Source: Dicyema japonicum
Taxonomy: Eukaryota > Animalia > Dicyemida
Assembly (NCBI GenBank): GCA_011109175.1
Contig: RDEW01000055.1
Span: 77,516-141,515, forward strand
Direction of reading: 5' to 3'
DNA: 64,000 nucleotides
The first letter of the stretch is position 1. Every line of letters begins with the position of its first letter. The translations under genes were made by a program, and so were the position numbers. Positions 37,760-50,300 of this stretch are shown here, piece after piece. Under the pieces are notes generated by a model. That model made no database searches. It saw only the letters and a program-made list of their open reading frames with translations, and was not told where the DNA came from.

Positions 37760-40700
37760 AAAACAAAAGAATTAACATTTCAATTATACCGAGTAAAAAG
37801 AGTTGTGTTACTATTTTGACGAAAATCAAAAAACTTGAAAATATCATGTGAAAAGGGATTGGACAGATTGAGACAATCGTGAAGTATATAAAGATGGAGC
37901 CAAGATGTTCAAATCCATTTGGATTAAAAGAAAAGGCCAGAAAACATTATTCATGACAAACTTAGACGAGCAGTAACGACACTGAAAATATGAATATAGT
38001 TTCTTTCAACTATTATGACATTATTAACAATTATGGAAATCAAAATATCAGAAACATCAAAATATCAGATGGAAAACTGCAGGATAGTGTCGGACATTAT
38101 TCTTTGATTAATCAAGTTTGGACCTACTGAATTACTTAACAAATCATTTGAAGTTAAAAGTAGAGTTTGGAGAGGTTGGCTAATTACTCGACGGAAACAT
38201 GGACAACCTAGAAATATCACAAGTAACAAAGACCAATTACATTATTGTCAACCTTATGGAAAATTTCTATTATCGTATTACATATATCAAAAATAACAAA
38301 TTCTTATTACCTGGACAATGTGGATTCACAGAAGGAAGGTCTACCGCTTACATCGTCTGGGCACACAGATTTTGCTTTTTCAAAAATATAAGAAATGTAT
38401 AACAGTTCTTGTGATTGACATGTCTCGTGCAATTGATTCTGTCCACAGAGGCATGCTCATTAAAATTTAGAAAATTTTCTAAACATGAATGATGTTAGAA
38501 TAGAAGATACTAATCTAGCAGTGAATTGGGAAATTCTACTTTAACTCAGGGAGTTCAACACAGATACTCTTTGTCCCCTATTCTTTTCATTATTTACCAT
38601 GAGACTGCGTTGAGAGTCTTCAGATAGTCTATGGAGGGCCAATATTATGAGTTGATTTACGTGGATGATCTAGACCAGGGATTCTCAACGGCGGCCCGTT
38701 TAAAATTATAAAAAAATATTACATATTTTACATAATGCAGCCGGATTTAACTGTGCTTTTTCTTTCTGTTTCGTACAATAAACTTTTTATGGTTAAAATT
38801 TTTACATATTTTAACTATTGTTTTTAAATTAAATATTTTTTTATTAAATTTTAATTAATATTCTGGAAAACATGTTAAAAGTAGAAAAATTATTAAAGAA
38901 AATCGTGCATTTAACCCCGAATGGGAGGAACAATTTTTCGTTTTTGAAGAAAATGGCAAAGCACATTGCCTGATTTGTCATTTTGTTGTACGATGTCTTA
39001 AGTTATATAATGTCGAGAGGCATTATATGAAACATTCTTCAGAATATGATTCATTTCAAGGTGAATCAAGAAAAATCAAATTTCTATCTATGAAATCAAA
39101 TCGCAAACTACAAACCACTTTGTTTAAACAGCCATGTCATCAAGATTCTTTCAAAATTTTGTCATCTACTTGCAAAAAATATGAAGCCGTATTCAGATGG
39201 CGAAATTATTAAGCAAGCTATCCTTATATTTACTGAAAAATGTTGTTCTTCAGAAATTAAAAAAAATGTTATAAACTTACAGCTAAGCAAAGATACAGTT
39301 ACTGGAGAATTGAGAGAATATCTGACGATATTCAATGCCAGCTACTCACTGAATCCAACTTTTTCGTACACTATTCTATTGCTCTTGACATCACTAAAGA
39401 TATTAGTGATACAGAACAAATGGCTGTGTTTATTCGAGGTGTCATGCCTGACTTCATAATTTATGAAGAATTTCTCACGCTACGTAACTTTCATGGTTCT
39501 ACTAAAGGAGCTGATGTATTCCGTGAATTTCGTGATTGCCTTGAAAAGGCACATGTTTTCAATTGCCACAGATGGATGTCCTTCTATGGTTGGATGGAAA
39601 ACTGGGTTTTAAAATCCCGTAGCTGGATGGCGAGTAGATGATGAGTTGAGTCCTGTGATTTGGCATCACTGCATACTACATCAAGAAAATTTAGCTGCAA
39701 AATCTATGAAAATGGACCATGTAACAAAACGGTCATTTCAATCTTAAATTTTATTCGCTCTCGTGTTTAAATCACCGCAATATTAAGAAATTTCTCGAGG
39801 ATGTTGATGCAGAGTATGGAGATTTGCTCATGCATACAACCGTACGATGGTTGAATCGGGCAGCATGTCTAAAAATTGTATAAATTTTAAATAAATCGCA
39901 TTTAGATTTTATGACCTTCTCCCGGAGATTATAACTTTTATTGACAATTAGATATTCTATCTTTAGCTTACTGATAAGGAGTGGATTGCGGATTTTAGCA
40001 TTTATGGTTGATATCGATTGACTGATGAACACCTAATTCAACTTTTACGTACATCGTCTTCGAACTTTACTCCTCGTTTCGATGAAATAGTAGACGCCAA
40101 GCAAAATCAAGTCTCACGTTGATTCTCTTATTACGTAATAAAGCCTTTTTTCTTTAATCAAATAAAATATTTTTTGTGCGGCCCACGAAAATACTCTTAA
40201 TTATCGATTTGGCCCTAAAAAGGTTGAGAACCCCTGATCTAGATTTTGTGTCTGACAATCCTAAATTTCTAAATTACGTAAACGAGTATCTACCACTATA
40301 TTCAAAAAAATGGTTTCTGAAAATAAACACCACAAAAAAGAGTTTAATTCATTCATCCGTAGAGACATAGAAAACATAAGAAGGTCAGATCGCTCTTGGG
40401 GGATGTGGTAAATGCAGCCCGTCGGAAAATACTTGCCTCTGGTGCTTTCAGAAAGTTAGTAAAAATATGTTGAGTAGAAAAGCTCAGTGGAAAAGTAAAG
40501 ATATACAAATATCGTTCCCAATTCTAATTTATAATTGCGGGACATTGGCTTGACAGCTTTCACCACATCATGGAAGGCACTCAATATACTAGGATAACGC
40601 AAAATTACATAAATTAATGCAGAAACAAACATCGATGAAAATCGGACGATCGAGAGACTGTTAGGTCACATTTTGAGAATGGACTTGGACGTACCAGCAA

Positions 40701-40958
40701 ATCGTGTGATGTAGGAATATTTCATGAAACAAGAAAAATTATTCCGAAAAAGTCCCAGGAAAACTCTACCATCTGTGTTAAATAAAGACATACAAGGCGT
40801 TGGCAGAAGACCAAAATGGCCGACGATATCGATGAACTAACAGAACTTTCGAAAAGGATGCAAGCATGGATGAGACTGTTACAAAGGTTGGCCGGAGCAG
40901 AACAAGGGAATCTTAATTGCCTTTTTATGTGTTCTTGGCGGTGCCAATAATAATATAA
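37760..40958 (+). mobile_element. RTE remnant split by a hAT insertion in its YxDD motif
   Basis: GQCGFTEGRSTA, IDMSRAIDSV, YVDDL|DFVSD across the hAT, (TAA)n tail at about 40950. Confidence 0.8.
38676..40236 (+). mobile_element. hAT transposon (Charlie/Buster, GTF2IRD2-like), internally deleted
   Basis: TIRs cagggattctcaac / gttgagaacccctg. 8-bp TSD ATCTAGAC/ATCTAGAT. ENRAFNPEWEEQFF..HCLIC..YNVERHY, QMAVFIRGV, WHHCILHQENL, LLMHTTVRWLNR. Confidence 0.92.
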
Positions 40959-41464
40959 CATTTTTTAGTTCAATAAAAAATGTTAAAAAATATATCTGGG
41001 ACTTATATTCAGGATAACCCTGTGTCAGTTGATTTGTTGAGAAGACAGTTTGTGTAGAAGTCGATTGGCAAGTTCCTAATAACTTAATTTCCCGTCGTTA
41101 GATGGAGATGAACTGAAAGTCTAAAGAAAACATGGGAATGTCTGTTATAGATATTGATTGTAACTAAGTATTTTTAACATTTGTTATTATACAATTGCAT
41201 ATAAATTACATCAAAGTAATCAAAATTGTTAAAATTAATTAAATGTTAAAATAAATCAATTTCCTGTTCTGAATATCATCAGGAGTATCCCGAATTGAAT
41301 TTGACAGAAAATAAATATCCTCAATAGCACATTTATATTCCATACTCTGGCAATTACACACAATACTACAATTAAACTAATCCACGTGTTTACATGACAT
41401 TGTAGAGTAGAATTATCTCTAACCAGTTTACTCATCACAAAAAAATTAATGTATTAAATTTATT

Positions 41465-41521
41465 TTTGACCCCTTTACGATCGATCTGGATTGATTTTAG
41501 ACCCCAGGTTGAGAACCGCTG
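41465..41521. mobile_element. Solo Charlie-type hAT right end
   Basis: gaccccaggttgagaaccgctg followed by atctaaat; no left end found. Confidence 0.5.
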
Positions 41522-41529
41522 ATCTAAAT

Positions 41530-42200
41530 AATAATAATACTTTTAACCAACTCTGAATATCCATCCAACAAATGATATCACCAACCCCCATGATAACTCC
41601 TATTTGTTGACTTGTATTATCAATATAAAGCATATTATTGTACACCCATCTATTATATTCAGAGAATTTACTATTTGGTCACCACTCCCAACAAGTTCAC
41701 CCTTAAGACTAATTTACAATTCCAAACAAAACTCCTTATATACAAGTTCTATTTGTCCCGGAGTAAGTACTACACCATTTATTGGCTTACATAATGGTAA
41801 TATGTGGCTGCTATCTCCTCTATGTCCAGATTATCACTATTCGTACCAAATCTTTAATATATAGATTTTATTACCTATAGAGAGTATCCCCCTCTGAGAA
41901 AGGAACATCCTATGATTCCACACTGACGAAACTTTTCAAGTATTTTGACCATCTTTTGACTGTGTGTATGATAATAAACTAAACCGAGTGACTCCCTGTC
42001 TGTAAATGGAGGATGCATCCCTCATGAAAGAATAGAGAACATTTGCAGCATCGTTACCGTTAAACAATTAGAATGAACCCTCCACTTACTTTTATATGTT
42101 TTCAATGGTAGATTTGCTTTAGTCCATCCAATAATGATAACCACTAAGGTATATATATAATAGTAACAATCTCTACACTAGCAGGTTGTTTTGTTACATC
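41530..42200 (-). pseudogene. DEPDC1/LET-99-family DEP-domain gene, frameshifted
   Basis: Reconstructed IWLSLLDGLKANLPLK..HSNCFNGNDAANVLYSF..GVTRQKMVKILEKF..GII.DV..LYRF resembles the DEPDC1 DEP domain. Introns of 21-25 nt. At least four frameshifts. Confidence 0.75.
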
Positions 42201-42594
42201 AATATTATAACAAATTTATTACCTTTAATATTTTATTATTTTATTGGGTTGTCAATCTAATACTTTTATTATTAAACAAATTATTATAAGTCCTTTATAA
42301 ATTCAATCTTTCGTCCGACTAAAATTCATGAAAAGTTAGTTCTTTAGAAAATCAGGGATATTCAAAAAAGAAAGGTCGACATGTACTAATTTTGTATTTG
42401 TGACCAATTTCATTCCCATTGGGTTTCACACGGATCTTGTTTAGTTAATGCCACTTCTAGCAGCAAAATCAATATATGATAATTTTTAGTTAATTTTTAA
42501 GTAACCAGTCAATTAAGAAATCCAGATCTCCTTCCATTACTAATCATACAGCTGTCCTTCAAACTGGCGACAAAATACACAAAAATAATATATT

Positions 42595-42790
42595 CCTTCC
42601 AATATCATCAAAAATATTTATTACACCAGATTAGGAGATCACTCTTTCCTGTAATTTATGAACGACTCAATATTATTCAGATATCGTCCTGAGTAGAAAG
42701 GAGGTTATTCCAGGCATAGTAAAACATGTGGAACAACTGAGGAATTCATTAGATTGCACATAAGATCCATATGGTTTTCCACAACATTTT
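42595..42790 (+). pseudogene. Degraded second copy of the SNX14 PXA region
   Basis: Nucleotide match to 32545-32840 (tgtaatttatgaacgactcaat, ggttattcca..catagtaaaacatgtggaa) with deletions. Confidence 0.7.
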
Positions 42791-43465
42791 CTGAGTTTAT
42801 CAAAGTTTTATACCACCAAACCCTCACATGTCGGTAAGGATGTTCAATATCAGTTATATAATATAGCTGTTAATAACAAATCCACCTATTTATGGAATAT
42901 ATGTTAACTAAGCTAAATTTAAGAAATCGGATATTATGCGACTTTGATAAATTAAATGATTCATCATATCGTCACTAATATTATTTGGGAATATGATTCT
43001 CAAAGTGAGTTTTTTTCCTATTGAGTGGCCGAAAATGAATTATAAAGTCAAATTTTATTATAAAATCCATCCATAGTTTTAATATTAGAATATTGTGATC
43101 AAAAACTCATTGAAGTTATGCAAATGTGATAAATGCTAATTTAGATCAAAAGACAACTTATTTAAATATTTTAGTAAAATTTATTCGAAACCACAATCAG
43201 TGATAATCAACCATGAACGCAATGGGAGGTACCCCTCACGAGCACAATGAAGATTCCATTAAATCAGTTTAAAATTAGAATTGGATGCAAATCACAATTA
43301 AACACAGCCTTTTCTGATAAATTTACAGGGATATGAGTCTTGGTGCAAGTGATCAATTGGAGGGCATTTCTTTGCAAATAAAATCATATTTTTTCCGTAT
43401 TTTACCGTAATATTATTCGGTTTATTAATGCTGAATGACGTTTTAATAGATTCGCTGTAACATTG

Positions 43466-44314
43466 ATGGATAAAGATCTCTTCTACCCCCAATTGTTTTA
43501 TGATAATCTTCAAGAAAGTATGTTTTTTACTTCCAATCTTTTTGAAAACGATTACCACAATGACTCTGCACTCCAAAGATATCAGATTCCCTCATATGAT
43601 TATTTTATCGCAAATCACCAAACTGCCCAACAGGATCTGTTCATGCCATGCTATCAACTCCCTAACAGTGAGTCTCTTTTTCACAACGTTTGTAATCATT
43701 GTTATTCTGAGCATCAAACAGATTCTTTTTACAATTTCAATGATATATACCTTCCTCCTAACCAAGAGGGTAATGACCTCTCAGGGGTAAAAGGTTTTTG
43801 TAATTACATTTGTCCTACACAACACAATATTATAAAAATGGAAGAATCCGAAGATATAAAATTTGATACAACATTACATTCAAATTTGTTTACTGCCAAT
43901 TACTTCAAAAGTGAGAGAATTAGACTTGGATATTCTCAAGCAGACATTGCTTTGTTTATGGAAAGGAATGGACATCCAATATGTCAGACAACCGTGTGTC
44001 GCTATGAGTCAAAAAAACTATCAAATTCTTGTATGGAAAAACTTAAAGAATCCTTCATTGACACTTTTAAATTATTGAACAAGTATTTATTAAGCAAATT
44101 AGAAATCAAATCACTTCCAAAGATACCGAAAAAAAGGAGATGGTTTAATGCCAAAACTAAGAGATATTTGGAAAATATGTTTTCTAAAAATATTTATCCA
44201 GGAAAGACAGAGATCGTAACTGCTACAAAAATGATTAATTTGCCTGAAAATGTTATCAAAATTTGGTTTGGTAATCGGAGACAGAAAGCTCGTCGTGAGT
44301 CACACATGAAATAA
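43466..44314 (+). CDS. Divergent POU-homeodomain transcription factor, intronless, 282 aa
   Basis: POU-specific FKSERIRLGYSQADIAL..QTTVCRYE..L..MEKLK; homeodomain KKRR..LENMF..VIKIWFGNRRQK. No lesions. Class not assignable by eye. Confidence 0.93.
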   Translation: MDKDLFYPQLFYDNLQESMFFTSNLFENDYHNDSALQRYQIPSYDYFIANHQTAQQDLFMPCYQLPNSESLFHNVCNHCYSEHQTDSFYNFNDIYLPPNQEGNDLSGVKGFCNYICPTQHNIIKMEESEDIKFDTTLHSNLFTANYFKSERIRLGYSQADIALFMERNGHPICQTTVCRYESKKLSNSCMEKLKESFIDTFKLLNKYLLSKLEIKSLPKIPKKRRWFNAKTKRYLENMFSKNIYPGKTEIVTATKMINLPENVIKIWFGNRRQKARRESHMK

Positions 44315-44479
44315 TACTAATTTCTTAATTTTTGATAAATTTCTGTGTTTTATGTAATTTATTAATTGATCTCTTCCATTGGTGCCAAGTCATACATAAG
44401 TTTCTGTTTAATTTATTGGATCCCTAATGCCTCACAATTTTGCCTCTGCTCTTGCTTCTTGTATCAATAATCAATAATT

Positions 44480-44990
44480 CAACGTGAATCCATATTTACT
44501 CATTTATGATAACCTATTTGTCAAGTCGAATGAAAGCACGTTTACCTTTATCGAAACTTGGGAGGAGTTAGCTTCAGATTTATACTGTTTGGACTGCTCT
44601 AACAGTTTCTTTCTGATGGCAAAACACCCTCCTATACTGGACGATATTTGTTCGTCCGTCCCGATCCTTTAGTCGCAGACTGAATGCATATATGACATCA
44701 GGGAGCTGTGGACTTGTGGAAGGACCTATACCTTAATGTACTCTTATCAGAAAGCGTATTCGAGATGTGTCTTTGAAAAAAGATGGAGCACCTTGAAAGC
44801 ATTGGAGGATCAGAAGAGAAGGAAGTATCGGAGAATTACTTAGGATAACTTGTTTGTCTCATTTGTTGTTAAGTTGTCAGGAATCCTTGGCCCACAAGCT
44901 GAGGATCTAGTCCGTAAGATCGGCTCCGAGAGCGTATCTCGATAGCCATTGTCAGAGGAAACATCATTCAAGATCCGTAAATTATTTGAT
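44480..44990 (+). mobile_element. CRE-clade fragments joined by deletions
   Basis: GAVDLWKDLYLNV, EDQKRRKYRRI..LFVSFVV.LSGILGPQA, ISIAIVRGN. Confidence 0.7.
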
Positions 44991-45294
44991 AACAAAACAT
45001 GATTGTTGTAATATGTAATTGAAAGACCGTAACTTTAAAAAGGATAATCCTAAGATCCACCTAATTCTAACAAGAAAAACACAACGCAGATCTCCCTGGA
45101 CATTGCGCGAATGATTGGGGGTAATTGGAGATTTTGTGTTAAGGATCACAATTACTTTGCATGGTAAACAATGAGAGTTATCACCAAAAATCTCACTTTT
45201 TGTCCATAGTACCTCCTGATCAGTTAAGAGTATAGTCAATCTAGATTGTGTTCGGCCTAAAATTATCTTTTTTAAAGAAGATAATACAACAAAG

Positions 45295-45565
45295 AAGGTA
45301 TATTCTCTGGATTTTGTTTTAAATTTAAATTATTCCAAAGACCAAGGGTAACCCAAACTAACTAGCTCCTTGATCCTGACTCGTTCCAGCTTTCCAGAAA
45401 TTGCCTCCAGGTAACGACATTGTCTCCGGGGAAAGAATAGTGGATCCTCTTGATGCCGGACAGATTGGGCGTCTCCTCAGTAGGGTGGATCCAATGACGA
45501 CATCAAAAGGAAGGAAAATAATTATTGACATATTAGCCACATAGCACCACAGAACTACGCGGCCG
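45295..45565 (-). mobile_element. ~270-bp non-autonomous-looking element with hairpin leader
   Basis: Leader variant at 45534-45564, then a CP.C-like LINE C-terminal relic. Confidence 0.5.
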
Positions 45566-45669
45566 ATTTTTGTTTTATTATCTAAAAAATGAAATTAAAT
45601 AAAATTCATGTTTCATTAAAATTCGACATTCCTTTTGAATTCGCCGTTTTTCAAAATTCCCAAAATATT

Positions 45670-47925
45670 TAGCGTGGCGTCATGTGGCTCACCGGATGCA
45701 ACAACTCTGGAGGTGCTCAAAATGCTTTTATAGCATTTCCAAAAAGAGCCATTAGCTCTCTTCCACCGGGGTGGGGTACATGTCGCCCCTTGTCGACGGA
45801 TTACTGGTCTGGCTACAGCTTCTCGGATTCGCAACCTACACAAGTCAAAGGACCAGATCTCCGTTATACAACTGAATGTGAACGGAATAAAAGGCAAAAT
45901 TATTGGACTTAGAACTCTGATTGTTAAACTTAAAGCTGTGCTCATCCAAGAATCGAAGCTATCAGCAAAAGATACTACGCCTTTCTTTACCGGATACAAC
46001 ATAATACCGATCTAAGAAATGTGGAGGAGGACTACTTACATTAATCAGAAAAGGCATAAAGTGAGGACCATACACTCGAAGCGAAGAAACTATTGGGGAG
46101 TGATGAAACCACGAAGACAATCGGAATATCTGTTGGCACAACAAAAGGAAGACTATATTTTATAAACATGTATATTACGGAAGGAAGGCTCTGGTCAAGG
46201 AACGAAACCGTCTCAAAAAAGCAGGAATCCGCTCCTCCGAAGCAAGGATCCATCTAAAAGTGCTGAACGAGGAAATAAAAGCCAATGAAATCAAAATACA
46301 GAGAGCTAAATGGAAGATGGTCCTTACGTCATTAAATCGTAACCGGTCAACATCCGAAGTCTGGAAGACTATTCGAAGTATCTCGAAGGTGGATGAGAGT
46401 TCACCCAGAAATGACGAATTCAGCCAAAAGGACCTAAACATCCTAATAAAATACTACGCAAAAATCTCTCACAAAAACCACACGAGGACTGACCCACCCA
46501 AACCGCCGCTAAGAAAACCGAAAAGGGATCAATTAACTTATTTCACGGAAACGGAGGTAGTGGCATCCCTAAGCCAAACAAAAGTGACACATTTTCATGG
46601 TCCAGACGGAATTCCATAATCCTCGTGAAAAAACATAGGAAATGAGGGAATCGGTATCCTGACCAAAATTTACAACTGGTGGATTAATTATAACTCAATC
46701 CCAACGATATGGAAACTTGCAAACATTCGCCCAGTATTGAAACCAGGAAAACCGAAAGAAGACCCAGCTTTCTTCAGGCCAATTTTTCTCTTATGCTCCA
46801 TGTCAAAAATTCTGGAAGAGCTTATCCTCGCAAAAAATCACTGAACAGACTCCTGATAAACCGTTCCAGCATGGTTTCAAAAAGGATCGGTCCACAACGA
46901 GCTTCCTCACATCCCTGACTAACTTTGTTCGCTCTGGATTTCTGTGCAAGCCAAGACACCAGAAAACTGTGTTATGCTCACTGGACGTCCACAAAGCTTT
47001 CGACTTTGTGCCGAGGAAGAACCTAACATGAAAATTTACCAATCAGATATCCCTGAAAACTCTAAACGCTGGCTGATGAACTTCCTTAGCGGACGAAGAG
47101 GTAGAGTGTGCACTGGAAACATTCATTCTGTCCCCCGTTTATTCCCAAATGGAGTCCCCAGGGTTCGCCGCTATCACCATTCCTATTCAACATGTTTACG
47201 GCTGACATTCCGACGCCAAATGGAGAAGACGACCTGCTTCTGGCTTATGCAGACGAAATCGTCTTAGCCTCACGGGATCAGAACACCCAAACAGCAACGG
47301 AAAGAATACAACACCACATGGATCGACTACTCGAGTGGTTTAATGAAAATCGGATGCCAATCAATACCGAAAAATCTGTTACAATAAATACCTCGGACAA
47401 AAGATTGTCGAACAGGACAATAGAAGTTACTGCGGAGGGAAGAGAATTGCCGTTTAGCAAATGGCAAAAAATATTTGGTCTGACTTTCGATACATGAACT
47501 TTTCGAGACATGTCACTAACGAGCTGAACAAATGTGAGAAGAAAATCAACCTTCTGAATTACCTAACAGGGGTGTGGAAAATTGGACATGATCCTATACT
47601 TAAAACGCTCTACTCACAGTACATCAAACCATGCATTTCACATGCGTGTACTTCATGGGGACCACTGGCCTCTTATACGAATATCCAGAAAATCTCCGCA
47701 ACCCAGAAAAGGGCTTTCAAGCTAACGGAGAGATGATATACAGGGGAAAACATTAAATCACCGACGCCTATGGAGAAACTAATCGAAAAAAACAAGAATG
47801 GACACCAATGCCAAAAAAAAGTGCTCGTCCGCAACGTACTTGTGTAGGCTCAAGGGATCAACACCAAGAAAAGATGAGAGCCTTGATCCAATTCGTCGGG
47901 ATCACTTAGTTTAGTTTTTTCGGTT
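45670..47925 (+). mobile_element. Ingi/Vingi-like LINE, 5' end to RT thumb
   Basis: AVLIQESKL (EN), FHGPDGIP, ILKPGKPKEDP, WLMNFLSGRRGRV, PQGSPLSP, LAYADE, IFGLTFD. Confidence 0.85.
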
Positions 47926-47926
47926 T

Positions 47927-50062
47927 ATTATTATTATTAGTACGTGATGCCAAGATCATGACAAAGCATGTGCAACACGAAAAGTTAACAATCTAATTAA
48001 CGTCCCCCATCTTTTTCGATCCGTTGCCATGTTCCGTAGCATATCTAGATCGTCCCAATCTATAAGGCACTTTCCAATCCTCCTGAGATCTTCATCTAGA
48101 ATAACCGGCAGTGTTGTCTCGGCCGACCGCGGAAACGAGAAGCTTCTAAGACAAAATACTCCTCCATTGCTATGTTGGCAGGGGTCCCCATATCGTGGCG
48201 GAGTATGTGTCCAAAGAGCCTCCATCTTGAATCAGTAATATGATATTGGCTTAGTTCCTGTTCTTTGTATAAGATTTCGGACGGCATTTTGAAAAAGCCT
48301 CGGGAGAAAGGAGTGCTCGGAGATGATTTCTGTGAAAAGAATTCAACTTTTCGAGTTCCTGCCCTGTACATGCCCATGTGCCGGCATTATATAATAGGAT
48401 TGCCCTTACTAGGGCATTGTATAGTCTCATTCGAGTTTTAGGCTCAAACCCTTTGTTCATTTTGTTGAAAGCGACATTAGCTAGTGTCTTCCTTCGTGTT
48501 ATATCTTCGGTGTCACCGAGAAGGGATCCTAGTTTTCTGATCTACGCCAGTGCTCGTCGGTCCTTTCCTCACTTTTTTTAGCTCCGTGATTTTGGTTTTG
48601 TTTGTGTTTACTTTTAATGACCATTCAGCCATTTTATCAGGCATTTTCTCCAAAAGTGCAATTAACTCTTCTTTGTTATTCGAAATAAAGTCCACGTCAT
48701 CCGCATATGCTATTATGCTCGTTCCTTCTCCGATATGAGGCTTCAAGTCTCGTAGAGCTGCCTCCAAATAAATAATAAACAAAATCGGGGATAATGGATC
48801 TCCTTGAGGGGTACCAATTGTCGTTTCAAATGTCCTCGATAAAGCTTTCCCAGTCCTGACCATCAAACTCGTGTCCGTCAAGAGTGTCCTGACCATCCTA
48901 ATCGTTGAGCCCTCCAAGAAGTGCTCCAGAATTTGCAGCAGCTTGTTCCTGTTGACGGAATCAAAGGCCTTTGACATATCAATCCCCAGAATGGTTGTCG
49001 TTATTTTAAATTTTTGAACAGTCGCACTTCTCCATTCGTGGCTCCATATAACAACTGACGTTGATCTCCCTTTGCGGAAGCCACTTTGATAAGCCGACAG
49101 GTACGAGTCTAGGCGTCCCTCCATTCTTTGAAGCGTAATATTGGCTAGTATCTTCCGTAATGTGTTGGTTAAGACCACTGGTCTTAGGTTCTCAACTTTC
49201 CCCGCTTTTTTGTTTAACTTCTGTACTGGTATCAATAGTCCTTCTCAAGTGGCTCCTTTACTATACGTTTCGTTTAGAATCCAGGCAATTATCATGTATA
49301 GCTTTTGCGTTCCATATTTGAAAATTTCATCATTTAAGCGATCTGGGCTGGGACTCTTATTGTCCGTTAGTTAGAAACTTGCTGTCATCACTTCTTCCAA
49401 AATTATTTTTTCCTCTAATTTTTCCTGATCCTTGTTAATTGTGAGTTTTTTGCAATTTTTGATACGAATTGTGTTTCAAAATAGTCCGCTATAAGTTCTG
49501 CAATTTCTTGTTGGTTAGCAATATGTTTTTCTTCTTCATCTCGTAAAGTCAGTGTTTTCCTTGGTAGTTTTCTGATTTGGCCGACAACTTCATAAAACTT
49601 CGCATTGTCTTTAAGGCCTTCGATTTTATCTATTTTTGTTATTGTTTCGTTCTTTAATATCCGACGTGCAGCTTTTCTTATTTTCTTTTTGATGACTGTT
49701 CTTTCCTTTTGTAGCCGCTGTTTCGTATTTTTGTCATCTGTATTTAGACATTATATCCATATCGCCTTTTGTTGATTTGCAAGGAGTTTCAAAGCGGTTG
49801 CTTCTTCTGTGGGAGTTTTAGTTACGTAGTCCTCTTTCAGGTATATATCCGCAGCAATCATGATCTTCTGTTTGACCAAGGTCCGCAACGGTGCAATATT
49901 TCTTCCAATCCCTCATCGAGGTATTTTCTGAATTCCTCTCCCTGGATAGTATTGTTCTTTAGATGGTCTAAAACGTATCCCTTCCTCCGCAGTTCCGTGT
50001 GTCCATTGCACTTTCTTTTCAATCAATTAGCCACGAAGCACCACATAGCGCCACGCGGCTAA
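47927..50062 (-). mobile_element. RTE lacking EN, joined at its 5' end to the hairpin leader
   Basis: ENLRPVVL..LRKILANI, SGFRKGRST, QGDPLSP, YADDVDF, YNAGTW, (TAA)n tail at 47927-47940. Confidence 0.88.
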
Positions 50063-50204
50063 ACAAAAATTCCCTAGGTTTCAGTTGTGATGGTTTTGAA
50101 ACTGTATTTAAGGATTCTCACTGAGACTGATCATGGGTGAGTATCTTTTGTACTTTGATAAAAATCTTGGTTAACTTTTTTGAATAATAATTGTAACAAA
50201 GTCC

Positions 50205-50300
50205 TTCAATGGGCTTTGGAGGCGGTTGATCTCTTTTGTGAGTTGAATCCCGTCTGGATGCGTAGACGAGATGGAAAACGTCCTGATGAAATGACCGCTT
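50205..50300 (+). mobile_element. CRE RLE fragment
   Basis: LEAVDLFCELNPVWMRRRDGKRPDEMT. Confidence 0.6.
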
